From: Octopus bimaculoides
Lineage: Eukaryota
Direction: 5' to 3'
Assembly: GCF_001194135.2 (NCBI RefSeq)
Contig: NC_068988.1
Span: forward strand, 20,947,119 to 21,009,469
Length of the DNA: 62,351 bases
The notes beneath the pieces were generated by a model, which saw nothing but the letters and a program-made list of their open reading frames with translations, had not been told where the DNA came from and searched no databases. Numbering within the stretch: position 1 is the first letter of the stretch; each line of letters opens with the position of its first letter. Of the stretch, positions 40,087 through 51,820 are shown in pieces. Made by a program: the position numbers and the translations under genes.

Positions 40087-40320
40087 TTTCTTGTTATTGT
40101 TTGGGGGGATGATGGTAACTGTGTAATATTCTTCCCTTTTTTTTTTCTTTTAATAATCCACCAGGGCGTGTTGAACAGATTTATGGTATGTATGTATATG
40201 CATATACATACATACCATAAATATAGATATTATGTGTATGTATAAATGTAAATACGATAATTAGCTAGATGGATGGATGGGTATATATATTTATTATATA
40301 TACATGTGTATATATATATG

Positions 40321-40375
<55 letters not shown>

Positions 40376-40911
40376 CCACCCTAAAGACCTAGTTTATTTA
40401 TATACAAGTGTATGTGAGATTAAGTCCTATGTGTTTATATATACATGTATGTACATACATGTGTACATATATATACATGAGTGAGAATGTGTATGTATAT
40501 ATATGAATGTTTGTATAATTAGTAAGTGCCTATTGATAATGTAAATCTGTGTGTCTACACATCGCCAATGGCCAGTTCTTGGCTTCCCAGTGGATAGCAG
40601 TACCACATCTTGACCATGTTACTCTCTCACTCCCAATGAATGTGTGTTTGTATATATATATGTACCTAACAGGGTGACACCTGCCCAGCTGCTCGTTGAA
40701 TATATATAACATCTAAGATACATATATTATAGGAAAGCTTTTTTCTTTTTAAATGAGGACTAAAATAATCAAAACATGTCAGAAGATGGTTGCGTATATA
40801 GGCATGTAAATGTGGATATGTATATATATATGTGTGTGTGTGTGTTTCTAAAGCTTTCTATTAGTATGTAAGTGTGATCATGGGAGAATGAGAGAGCTTG
40901 GGTTTTCTTAC

Positions 40912-41220
40912 AACACAGTCGGTCTACAACTGACTACACAATATCATAGTAATAGTAATAGTAGTAGCATGCTAACAAGAGCGGAGCTTCATTTTCAATT
41001 GGATGGATGAGTGTGACTGGAACTGGACTTGTGTTTCAACTAGCATTTCCGTCCTGCCGTCGAAAACAAATGCTAACAGCACCAGGGTAAATATCTGGCC
41101 ACAGACTGGATCTTATTTAGTGGCCAGATAAAGCCGAATTTCATCCATTGAAGGGGTAAACGAGAGGCACTGTTGGCTATTTCCTTGGTTGTGTGGCTGG
41201 CGCCATCTTGACGTCTTTGC
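40912..41220 (-). promoter_or_regulatory. Putative Abl promoter and non-coding first exon
   Basis: CpG-retaining segment with CAAGATGGCG (YY1/TISU-like, 41201-41210) and TGACGTC (41209-41215). Candidate donor GTAAGA follows 40912 on the minus strand. A long GA-rich tract lies upstream (41230-41830). About 0.8-1.1 kb upstream of the Abl ATG. Confidence 0.5.
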
Positions 41221-43504
41221 TATTACAGACGGGGGAAGAGGGAGGAGGGAGAGAGTGAGAAAGAGAGGAAGTAACATAGATTGAGCGAAGGAGTGGAGGT
41301 AAGAGAGAAAGGAAAGAGTAAGGATGAAGACAGGGGGGAACGGTTAAGATATAAAGAGGAAGAGATAGAATGTGATTGAAAGAAAGAAATAAAAAGAAAT
41401 ACCAAGTGGAAATGTTGAACGATAGATAGAAGAATAGAGGGCGAGAAAAATACAGAGAGAAACATGAGAGGGGTGTTATGAGGTGAACGAACATGAGGAA
41501 ACAGAAAGAAGATAGAAAAAGAAAAACAGATATATCGAGAGAGAAAGATGTTTAGAGAGATTTAGGGAGAAAAAGAGAAGGTGCGAGAAACAGGCATTGA
41601 GAAATTCAGGGAGAAAATAAACAAAAAGGAAAATTAAACACAGCTAGAGAGAAAACATGTTCATAAAGAGAGAGAGAGAGAGAGAAATGTACTAAAGGAG
41701 GGAGATATTGAAATGGAAAAGAAAGAGAGAAAGTAGGTACGAAGAAATTTAAGGGTGGGACATATGGAAAGAGAGGCGAAAAGAGAAAGATAGATTGGTT
41801 TGATAGAGTGAGAATGTCATAGAAAAAAGGAACACAGTGAGACGAAGGGGACAGCTCTAGTACGACAACAGAGAGGAATAGGGGCAGTTAGCAGGCAGTT
41901 CGGTGCTTGCAGTGAGGTATGGAGAAGTAATAGGGGTAAACATGTGTATGAGGGGAAGCTTAGACAATGAAAGAGTAAGCGGAAGGCGGTTTAGAATCAT
42001 CATTTCCTGACATACACGAGACTATGGCATGTCAATTTCGAACACTGGACCAGGGTACTGCTACTACTTCAACTACCAGTACTAATACCCAACGAAGAAC
42101 CCCTGCGTAGTCGTTCGACCTACTAGAAACCGCAGTCAAGTCGCGCCCTACGGTCTTAGTAAAGGAAATTACACAGTAGATTAACGTACTGCTAAAAGAA
42201 TGGGATGTTTGCGACTGGAATGCTTGATTCAAGGCTGACCTAGGCCTAAACGACAACTACTACTACTAAGTTTCTATGACTAAGCAGAACACCAATATCT
42301 AGAAAGGTGTAATCGATTGTTTCGACTTTTAGTATTTTACTGGTACGTGTTTATCGAACCTGGAAGGATAAACATTGGAGTCAATCCCGTTGGAATTACT
42401 GTTTACTTTTGTAAATCTTGATTTATTATATCAATCATGTAAATAATCTCCAGGAACATTTAGGCTGAGAACCATTAATTTTAAAGCATCAAATGGTTAG
42501 AGCTCGGAGAGGAGTTCGATATTTTCCTTCCTCGTGGCACTTGGACTTATCGAACTCTGCTTAGAACTCTCTCCTGTTGACTAACTGTTGCAGACGCAGA
42601 CAATCACTAATTTCCCCGGAAATCGGACTTTTCTCTGAAGCATCAAATGCAGTACTTTTACTGCTTTAAACGTAATTTATGGTTTTGTACCTATGTTAGA
42701 AGTCATTATTAATAATAACTGTTTCTAACATAGGCATAATGCCAGATTTTTTTTGTTTTTCGGATAGGGTGGAAAACATAATACCAGAAAGATTAAAGGC
42801 AGGCGCGATTTGAACTCGGAATGTAACCACCCCGAACAAATATTGTAAGACATTTAATCCGTTGATCTAACGATTCCGCTATTTATGGCCCTTCGTTTCT
42901 GACATAGACATAGACACAAAGCCTTAAATTTAAGGATAAAAGAAAAACCGATTATATTGACCCTATATTTCCCTGAAACTTTATTTTATTGACACCTCCA
43001 CCACGGAAGTTTAACTGGCAAAATCGATTTCGGAGGAATTTGAACTCGACATAAAAACCTGTTACGAAATACCGCATTATTATTATTTTGTCCGTGGCTC
43101 TAACGATTCTGTCAATCTCCAGTCGCAGTTTATTGAATCAACCCCACTACATAGCTGGTACTTATTGATTATAACAAGATCAAAGGTAAAAATTAGTTCT
43201 GACATGATTCCAAATCAGAACATAGAAGAAAAATACAGAACTATATTTACTCCTTGGCAATTCAGCTAATTCATCTTAAATTGTTTTAATAATAGCAATT
43301 TTGTCAACTAGGGATCCCTACACGGTTGATTACACCATTAGATATATCAACCGTATCTTTTTTCTTTGATCACACCTTACTGCCTTAAAAAAGGAAGGAC
43401 ACATTGGATAATATAGTCCTAGATATACTATGTCTAAAAAGACCGGGTGGTCATGGCTTGAACTCTTATTCAGTAAGGGTTGACCTGTGGATAAGCAACA
43501 CCGT

Positions 43505-43840
43505 TATCATTTAATGTCTGCTTCCCATGCTGGCATGGGATGGACGGTTTGACAGGAGCTGCTGAGCCAGAGGACTGCATCAAATTCAACTGTCTGCTTT
43601 GGTATGATTTCAACAGCGGGATGCCCTTCTTAATGCCAATCATTTTACTGAGTGACTGGATGTTTTTTGCTTAGCACCAGCACCAGTGAGGTCACCAAGT
43701 ATATTGCAAAACAAGACTGCCATTGAGTAGGGGATAGTACCGAGGGAAGAGGCTTTGTGCCAGGTGATGAGCTGCTAGAGTATGACAGAGAGACAGAAAG
43801 AGGTGTCTTCTGTAGAGGAGATACATAGCTATTGCAGTTG
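43505..43840 (-). repeat. RTE-tail-related dispersed repeat (family I)
   Basis: Alignable copies at ~912-1250, 27890-28200, 29485-29760, 49225-49360. Confidence 0.55.
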
Positions 43841-44563
43841 GGAAATGAGAGAGAGTAGATGGTGATGAAGATGTGCAGAGGCATACCTTCAAGTTACAGG
43901 AAGATGAACATAAGTGGTGTACACAGGACTGGATAGGGTGAGTGGACAGGTAAGTTCACAAGAGAGGGGTGAATGCAATGAGTGAATATGGGTGGAGAGA
44001 TGTGGAATATAAGGAAGATGAGGTATGAGGGAGAGATTTGTCAAGGACAGATTGTATGCAGGGGAATAGACAGACATAAACTATAATTTCTTAGTTTAAC
44101 ACTGGGACACAAATTTGCAAAAGAAAATGTATAGGGGATGATCATGGCTTAAACTCATTAACAGGTTTGCTCATTAAGGGCTGGCCTAAGAATAAACAAC
44201 AGCAACAACTAAAATTATTTATTTGTTTGACTCTAGGACACAGATTTATAAAAGAAAAATATAAATCAGAATGAACAAGGGATTATTTTATTAAGCTTTC
44301 AGGAAGAATTGTTATAAGTTAAACTCACAGGAATTGAACACAGAATGTAGACAACCAAAACTAATTACCATTAGACATTTAATGCACCAATCCAGTATTT
44401 GTTCTCTGTTGAGTAGGATATATGCTCTTAGTAGACTACATGTATCATGGTTTGAATTTCAACCTGCTTTGCTAAATCTAGATATTTAATTTCAGTTGCT
44501 GTATAATTATACATATAGTATTTTGTGTGCAAGATTCTTGATGTGGATACGTGTGTTGAAAGA

Positions 44564-45124
44564 TATACAATTAAACCTTGGGAGAGGCATTATGCCAGTA
44601 ATAAACACACGCACTGGTTCAGTCCTTTATTAATTTATATAGTTTTTTGTTAAATTATTTCATTGCACTCTTGCAATCTCTTCAGTAACTTGTCTCTCCA
44701 CTTCCATTTATTTTGTCCGTGGCTCTAACGATTCTGTCAATCTCCAATCGCAGTTTATTGAATCAACCCTACTACATAGCTGGTACTTATTGATTGTAAC
44801 AAGATCAAAGGTAAAAATTAGTTCTGACATGATTTCCTATTAGAAATACTTCAGACAGAGAATCAAATAATATATTATAAACACGAACACATAAGTGCGT
44901 GCACACATACGAGCTTGCACACACTCACATGCTCATACCGAACAGTTTCAAAACAACGCCAGATCATACATTCAAAATAAATGGAAGTGGAGAGACAAGT
45001 TACTGAAGAGATTGCAAGAGTGCAATGAAATAATTTAACAAAAAATTATATAAATTAATAAAGGACTGAACCAGTGCGTGTGTTTATTACCGGCATAATG
45101 CCTCTCCCAAGGTTTAATTGTATA
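44564..45124. repeat. 151-bp inverted repeat enclosing templated copies of neighbouring sequence
   Basis: Arms 44564-44714 and 44974-45124 have 2 mismatches. 44708-44834 copies 43083-43209 (3 mismatches); 44832-44879 copies 46002-46049 (identical). Confidence 0.9.
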
Positions 45125-45297
45125 CATATAGTAACAAGCCTAGAAATAAAAAAGGTACACTTACCCATGCACAGAAATCTATATTGCTATAGCCTTAATT
45201 AGGAATAACAAAAAAAGATTCATAGAGGAGACTAGGTTGCATCCTTAAAAATTGTATTATTTGTCAGGTTGTGTATGTATGTATGTATAAATATATA

Positions 45298-45855
45298 AAA
45301 CTGGATATCAGAGGCATCAGACGTTGTGTGCAAGAGAGAGGACTGCACTGGTTTGGTCATGTGATGCATATGGATGAGGACAGCCATGTAAAGAAGTGCT
45401 GAGCTCTAACTGTGGAGGGTACCTGTAGAAGGGGTAGACCCAGGAAGATGTGGGATGAAGTGGCAAGAAAGGATCTTTGGACACTGGGCCTCACTAAGGA
45501 AAACAAGAGATCATGAGATGTGGTGATTTACTGTACTTGATAAGATGCATCAAGCTAAATAAAATCACTGTCCTCTACACATACAGGCCTGTCCTTTCTG
45601 GTGCCAGTGCCACATAAACACACCCATGCCAGTGCTGCATAAATGCACCCACGTCGGTGCTGTGTAAATGCACCTATGTTGGCACCTATGTTGGCAGCAC
45701 ACTCTCTTAAGTGGCTGGTATTAGGAAGGGCATCCAGTCATAGAAACCATGCCACAACAGACAAATGGAGTCTGGACAGCTCCCAGCTAGCCAGTTCTAT
45801 GCCAAACCATCCAACCAATGCCAGCATGGAAATCAGATGTTGAACAATGATGATA
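45298..45855 (+). mobile_element. 5'-truncated RTE-clade LINE (ORF C-terminus plus 3' UTR and (ATG)n tail)
   Basis: KLDIRGIRRCVQERGLHWFGHVMHMDED...RRGRPRKMWDEV matches the RTE WxGHVxRM...GRPxxxW C-terminus. It runs directly into the TTAGGAAGGGCATCCAG...ATGATGAT tail shared with many short repeats here. Confidence 0.75.
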
Positions 45856-46141
45856 TATATATACATATGTATGTATGCGTATGTATATTATATAACAAAG
45901 CAGCAATCTGGAAAATTTTAGGTATTATTTATTCACCATTACACATGTTTCATTTACTAATAGGAATCACAAAATGTACATGCTGGATAAACATGTAAGA
46001 AATTTCCTATTAGAAATACTTCAGACAGAGAATCAAATAATATATTATATTATATATATATATATTTACATTTCTTTCCAGACTGGTTTGGAATATATTC
46101 AACTCAATCTTATTCACCATGATCTAGATTACATTTCCAGT

Positions 46142-46990
46142 ATGCCTAAAGCTACAAAATTTTCCAAAATTGAACAAGGGAAGATTCTTGCACTGAAAGT
46201 AAAAGGAATGAGTAACCAGAAGATTGCCAAGAAGATTTGGTGAAGCAGTGGATAATTTCCTGAAAGATTTTAACGGCTACAACAAGGTTCATGCTGGTGG
46301 ACATCCCAAGGCTACATCAGAAAGGGATGAAAGGGCCACTGTCAGAGCCGTGAAGAAGTCATACTGCTTTTCTGTTTCTCGGCAGCATCAGACGTGGGAT
46401 GGTGAATGGATCAAAGTTCTGTTCTCTGAGAAAAAATGGAATTTGGATTACTTCCAACGCTTATAAGTATTACAGGACAGATAAATGTATACAAAATTCT
46501 ATATATTCCAAGTGGCAGAACAGCAGAGGAAGTCTTATGGTGTGGGGAACAAAATCTGCCAATGGGAAGCTGTCACTTGCCATCATAGATGGTCATTTCA
46601 ATGCTGTGCAATGCATAGATATGTTGGACAGGGATTGGCAAAGAAGGTAGAAGACTTCATGACAAGAACTTCATATTTCAACAGAACAATGCTCCTATTC
46701 ATCTAGCAAAGCAGCTTTGAATTTCCTCCATGCGATTGAGGTTGAAGTCATGCCATGGCCAGCAAGAAATCCTGACCTTAATCCTATAGAGAATGCCTGG
46801 AGATATTTCATGAATGTTGTGTACAGCAAAAGCAAACAGTATTCATCTGTTGATGAACTGGAAGTGGCAATGAAGAAGGCCTGGGAGCCTGGGAAGAGTT
46901 TCCATTTGATCTGCTGCAGAAGTTGATAGGCAACATGAAATCGTGTGTCTTTGAAGTAATTCATAAAGGTGGTAGTCAAACACACAATTG
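46142..46990 (+). pseudogene. Tc3-like (DD34E) transposase remnant
   Basis: MPKATKFSKIEQGKILAL...GGHPKATSERDERATVR; VLFSEKKWNLD (first catalytic D deleted); GSLMVWG; FQQNNAPIH (second D changed to N); WPARNPDLNPIENAW. Frameshifted. Confidence 0.85.
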
Positions 46991-47599
46991 TTAATGTATT
47001 GCATGAGAATATCATTGAAATATATCATAATTTTCTTGTTTTACATCATTTCTGCAACATTATTCAACTTAGCGTTATAATTTTGAACAAGGGGTTTCTG
47101 GCTCTGTATGTTTTTTTGAATTATCATCTAATTCATTTTTAGATTTCAATAAATTTGAATATTGCAATGCCTTCTTCTATTCCATTTCCTATCTAGAGGT
47201 GAGTTTTGTGAATTTGGATAGTATAGTTCACCAGAAAAAAACAGACAGTGCTCTGGCTTTATAGTTTTGAAGAGTAGTTTATATATTTGCAAAACCCAAA
47301 GGATAGCAAAATTTGATATAAAGGAGAGGGGTATATTTGTTAAATAACTTACTGATAGATAGTAGTGTTTGTTTTTCAAACTAAATCCTATGGGGTAAAT
47401 ATATAGATTTTACCAGCCACTGCATCATTAGATTAAATTTATTTAACACATTGGATAGATATAATGAAATGGCTTAATTGTATCAAAAGTACTGAAACAC
47501 ACCAAATCAAATAACAAAATTCAGTTGCAGCAACACCATCTCAACATCACTCACTGGTAAATGCCTTTCAAAAGTACAAGAGAATAGAGCCAAAACAAC

Positions 47600-47930
47600 A
47601 TCTGGGGATGGTATTGAAAAGAATAATAAAGGACTAACATATTCAAAGCAGGATATACAATATGTGCATTCTTTCAGAGCCAAAGATAAAATAGATGTCA
47701 CCTCTTTGACCAAGTACATTTGGAAACTGAAAGAGAATAGAATTGGCACTAGTGCTACAAATTGTACTTTAGCTGAGACTGCAATTCTATATTCAAATTA
47801 ATTAAAAAGATGCAACCTATGTTTGGCTAAGAAACAATATTTTAATGCAACTCTTCAAAGTGTAGAATATACAAAATAATTATTGTGTCTAAATGTAAGC
47901 ATATGAATAGAAATCTGTTAAAACACTTTT
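47600..47930 (+). mobile_element. Penelope-like element, GIY-YIG/C-terminal fragment
   Basis: GLT...HSFR...TSLTKYIWKLKEN...KRCNLCLAKK...SKCKHMNRNLL resembles the C-terminus of Penelope-like ORFs (LSKYIWxLK, CxLCLxEK, SKCRHxNK); stops present. Confidence 0.6.
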
Positions 47931-48328
47931 TCCAACTATAAACAAGGTAAGAATACCACCACCTGTACACACTATTGGTATTAACTAATCAAACAATAAT
48001 TTTCCATCCACCTCCACAATATCATGTGACAGATTAGAAATTTGATCATTTTTACTGAGATTTCTACTCCCAACTACTAATAGGCTGGAAGTCTACACTG
48101 TTAGGAACTCCACTCCTACATCCTCAACAATGACGTCTGACCTATGAATAATATAAATGATAGTGACCATGTTCTGGAATCTGAGCAGTTTGTTCTTCTC
48201 TTTGTCGCCTACACAAGTGAGAAAATCATGCAAGTTCAATGAGGGATGAATATTATATATACATGCATACATACATACAATACATACATGTATATGTGTG
48301 TGTGTGTGTGTATATATAAATATGTATG

Positions 48329-48372
<44 letters not shown>

Positions 48373-48384
48373 CACACACACACA

Positions 48385-48562
48385 GACATGGTGCGATGGG
48401 TAAATTGTCCCAATTTTATATTTTTAATTTCATGCATGCACATTGTTTGTTTTTGATGTTGTCAACTACACAGTATAGTAGGGTCAGGTGGGCACCATCT
48501 ATGAGAAAAACAGTACCAGGATACAGAAATTTGGAAATGACATGCTGTACTGCTAAGCTTCC
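48385..48562 (+). mobile_element. 5' end fragment of the same maT-like family
   Basis: Clearly alignable to 13112-13300 (e.g. ACTACACAGTATAGTAGGGTCAG, GACATGCTGTACTGC). Confidence 0.7.
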
Positions 48563-49714
48563 AGGAGGATGATGGGAGAAGGAGGGGGATGGGAGGAGGA
48601 GGATGGGAGAAGGAAAAGGATGAGAGGGGGAGGTGCCTTCATATATATATATATGTAAATATGAAAATGGAACACAAAGGCAATAGAGGGCATTAAAATG
48701 AGACAATACAAGGTCGGACAGGAGAAACAACAATTAGAAGGACAGGCAAAAAAGGATGGGTCATTCTTGGCTTTCTTTCATCAGTCAAGTCCCAGAAGTC
48801 ACGACCATTTCGGGCAGTTACACTTGAGATGGTTCAATCTGGTTGCTCCACCAAAAAGTTTAAGATAAGAGCATTAGACCCCTTTGTAAGAAAGCTAGCG
48901 AATGTATATATATTGTTATATTTGGGGATAATCATATTTTTTTGCCAATTAACCACATTGCTCTCTAAGTCTGTTCTTCACTTCAGTTTTATTATTGTTT
49001 TTATTTTAGTGACCTTTGTATGTAAATTTTTCATCACACATTCTGTGACCTCTTCAACAACATTCCATTCCATATATCTCCTCCTGTTCTGTTTAGTCCA
49101 GTCTCTAAACATATGGTATGTATACTGAAGTTATGTACAGTATATATGTGTGTGTGTATACTGAAGTTACATACAGTGTTTGTGTATGTGTGTGTGTGTG
49201 TGTGTGTGTGATCATAATTGTCATTGTCATCTTTTTATGCCTACTTTCCATGCTGGAATGGGTTAGATGGTTTGACAGGATCAAACAAATCAGATCACTT
49301 CTTGTCTCAATGTCTCAGTTTTTGGATGCCCTTTCTTATGCCAACTATTTTACAGGGTGTGACAAGGACCTTCTTTTTTTTCTTTTTTTGTGTGTGTGTG
49401 TGTGTGTGTGACATCAGCACTAGCAAATTTGCCTTGTAACTCATTAGATTAACGAGCTCTCGTGACAGAAAGGAAGTATAGGAAAGAGGTTTGTGAATTT
49501 CAGTGAGATGTTTTGAAGTTTAAGTATGATAGGAAAAACAGATTTATTGTTGTAAGTGGTTTTGACGGAGCGATTAACAGAAACAGTGTGACAGCTTTAG
49601 AGGTTTATAATCAGGGCTGGATTAAGATCCATTGAGACCCTAAGTACTTAAAAAGATTTTGGTGCCCTCATATATATGTAATTCAAAATATAAACAATAA
49701 TAACACAATATATA

Positions 49715-50089
49715 CTCTTTTACTCTTTTACTTGTTTCAGTCTTTTGGCTGTGGCCATACTGGAGCACCGCCTTTAGTCGAGCAAATCGACTCCAGGACT
49801 TATTCTTTGGAAGCCTAGTACTTATTCTATCGGTCTCTTTTGTCAAACCGCTAAGTTACGGGAACGTAAACACACCAGCATCAGTTGTCAAGCGATGTTG
49901 GGGGAACAAACACAGACACACAAACACATACACACATACATATATATATATACATATATACGACGGGCTTCTTTCAGTTTCCATCTACCAAATCCACTCG
50001 CAAGGCTTTGGTCGGCCCGAGACTATAGTAGAAGACACTTGCCCAAGATGCCATGCAGTGGGACTGAACCCGGAACCGTGTGATTGGTA
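49715..50089 (-). mobile_element. Family A+B SINE, head in gap
   Basis: Reverse complement aligns to 12420-12790. Confidence 0.8.
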
Positions 50090-51409
50090 NNNNNNNNNNN
50101 NNNNNNNNNNNNNNNNNNNNNNNNNNNNNNNNNNNNNNNNNNNNNNNNNNNNNNNNNNNNNNNNNNNNNNNNNNNNNNNNNNNNNNNNNNNNNNNNNNNN
50201 NNNNNNNNNNNNNNNNNNNNNNNNNNNNNNNNNNNNNNNNNNNNNNNNNNNNNNNNNNNNNNNNNNNNNNNNNNNNNNNNNNNNNNNNNNNNNNNNNNNN
50301 NNNNNNNNNNNNNNNNNNNNNNNNNNNNNNNNNNNNNNNNNNNNNNNNNNNNNNNNNNNNNNNNNNNNNNNNNNNNNNNNNNNNNNNNNNNNNNNNNNNN
50401 NNNNNNNNNNNNNNNNNNNNNNNNNNNNNNNNNNNNNNNNNNNNNNNNNNNNNNNNNNNNNNNNNNNNNNNNNNNNNNNNNNNNNNNNNNNNNNNNNNNN
50501 NNNNNNNNNNNNNNNNNNNNNNNNNNNNNNNNNNNNNNNNNNNNNNNNNNNNNNNNNNNNNNNNNNNNNNNNNNNNNNNNNNNNNNNNNNNNNNNNNNNN
50601 NNNNNNNNNNNNNNNNNNNNNNNNNNNNNNNNNNNNNNNNNNNNNNNNNNNNNNNNNNNNNNNNNNNNNNNNNNNNNNNNNNNNNNNNNNNNNNNNNNNN
50701 NNNNNNNNNNNNNNNNNNNNNNNNNNNNNNNNNNNNNNNNNNNNNNNNNNNNNNNNNNNNNNNNNNNNNNNNNNNNNNNNNNNNNNNNNNNNNNNNNNNN
50801 NNNNNNNNNNNNNNNNNNNNNNNNNNNNNNNNNNNNNNNNNNNNNNNNNNNNNNNNNNNNNNNNNNNNNNNNNNNNNNNNNNNNNNNNNNNNNNNNNNNN
50901 NNNNNNNNNNNNNNNNNNNNNNNNNNNNNNNNNNNNNNNNNNNNNNNNNTGGTGGTGGTGGTGGTGGCGGCAGTGGCGGTGGCAATGATGAGGATGATGA
51001 AAATTATGTTGACAATAGAAATAATGGTAATGATAATGATGATGATGATGGTGTTGATGGTAGCTCAGTATACTGCAAATGGGATTGGAAGTGCAACAAT
51101 TGATAAAAATGCCAATTGCAACACAGGATGTAAGGTGTATGTGTATATGTGTGTATTGCCAGTGTTTATATGTATGTCTATATATTCATTTGTGTATATA
51201 TGTGTTTGCTATATGACACAATGCACTCATAGCTGATTGCTTGTGTATTCTCTTACAGCTCCAAAAAAGCTATGAGATGATATGCAATGCACTCAAGTAT
51301 GAGTGCATTGCATCTTAGTGCAGAAACGACTGTAAGCTAATGAAACTCATTATATAATTTCTTGTTCGCTTGTGTGTATACATATATAGTAGTGCATGTG
51401 ACTTGTAGG

Positions 51410-51533
51410 CCCAGGAATGGCTGTGTGGTAAGTAGCTTGCTTACCAACCACTTGGGCAAGTATTTTCTACTATAGGTCGACCAAAGCCTTGTCAGTGGAT
51501 TTGGTAGACGGAAACTGAAAGAAGCCTGTCGTA

Positions 51534-51606
<73 letters not shown>

Positions 51607-51820
51607 GTGTGTATATGTTTGTGTGTTTGTGTTTGTCCCCACAATATCGCTTGACAACCGATGCTGGTGTGTTTACGTCCCCGTAACTTAGCGGTTCGGC
51701 AAAAGAGACTGATAGAATAAATACTAGGCTTCCAAAGAATAAGTCCTGGGGTCGATTTGCTCGATTAAAGGCGGTGCTCCAGCATGGCCACAGTCAAATG
51801 ACTGAAACAAGTAAAAGAGT
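51410..51820 (+). mobile_element. Family A+B SINE with a small head deletion
   Basis: Aligns to 12391-12785; the B-box segment is missing. Confidence 0.8.

Noticed and set aside
48775-48830. GAAA...CTGATGA as a possible type II hammerhead
   Set aside because: Stems I-III cannot be formed.
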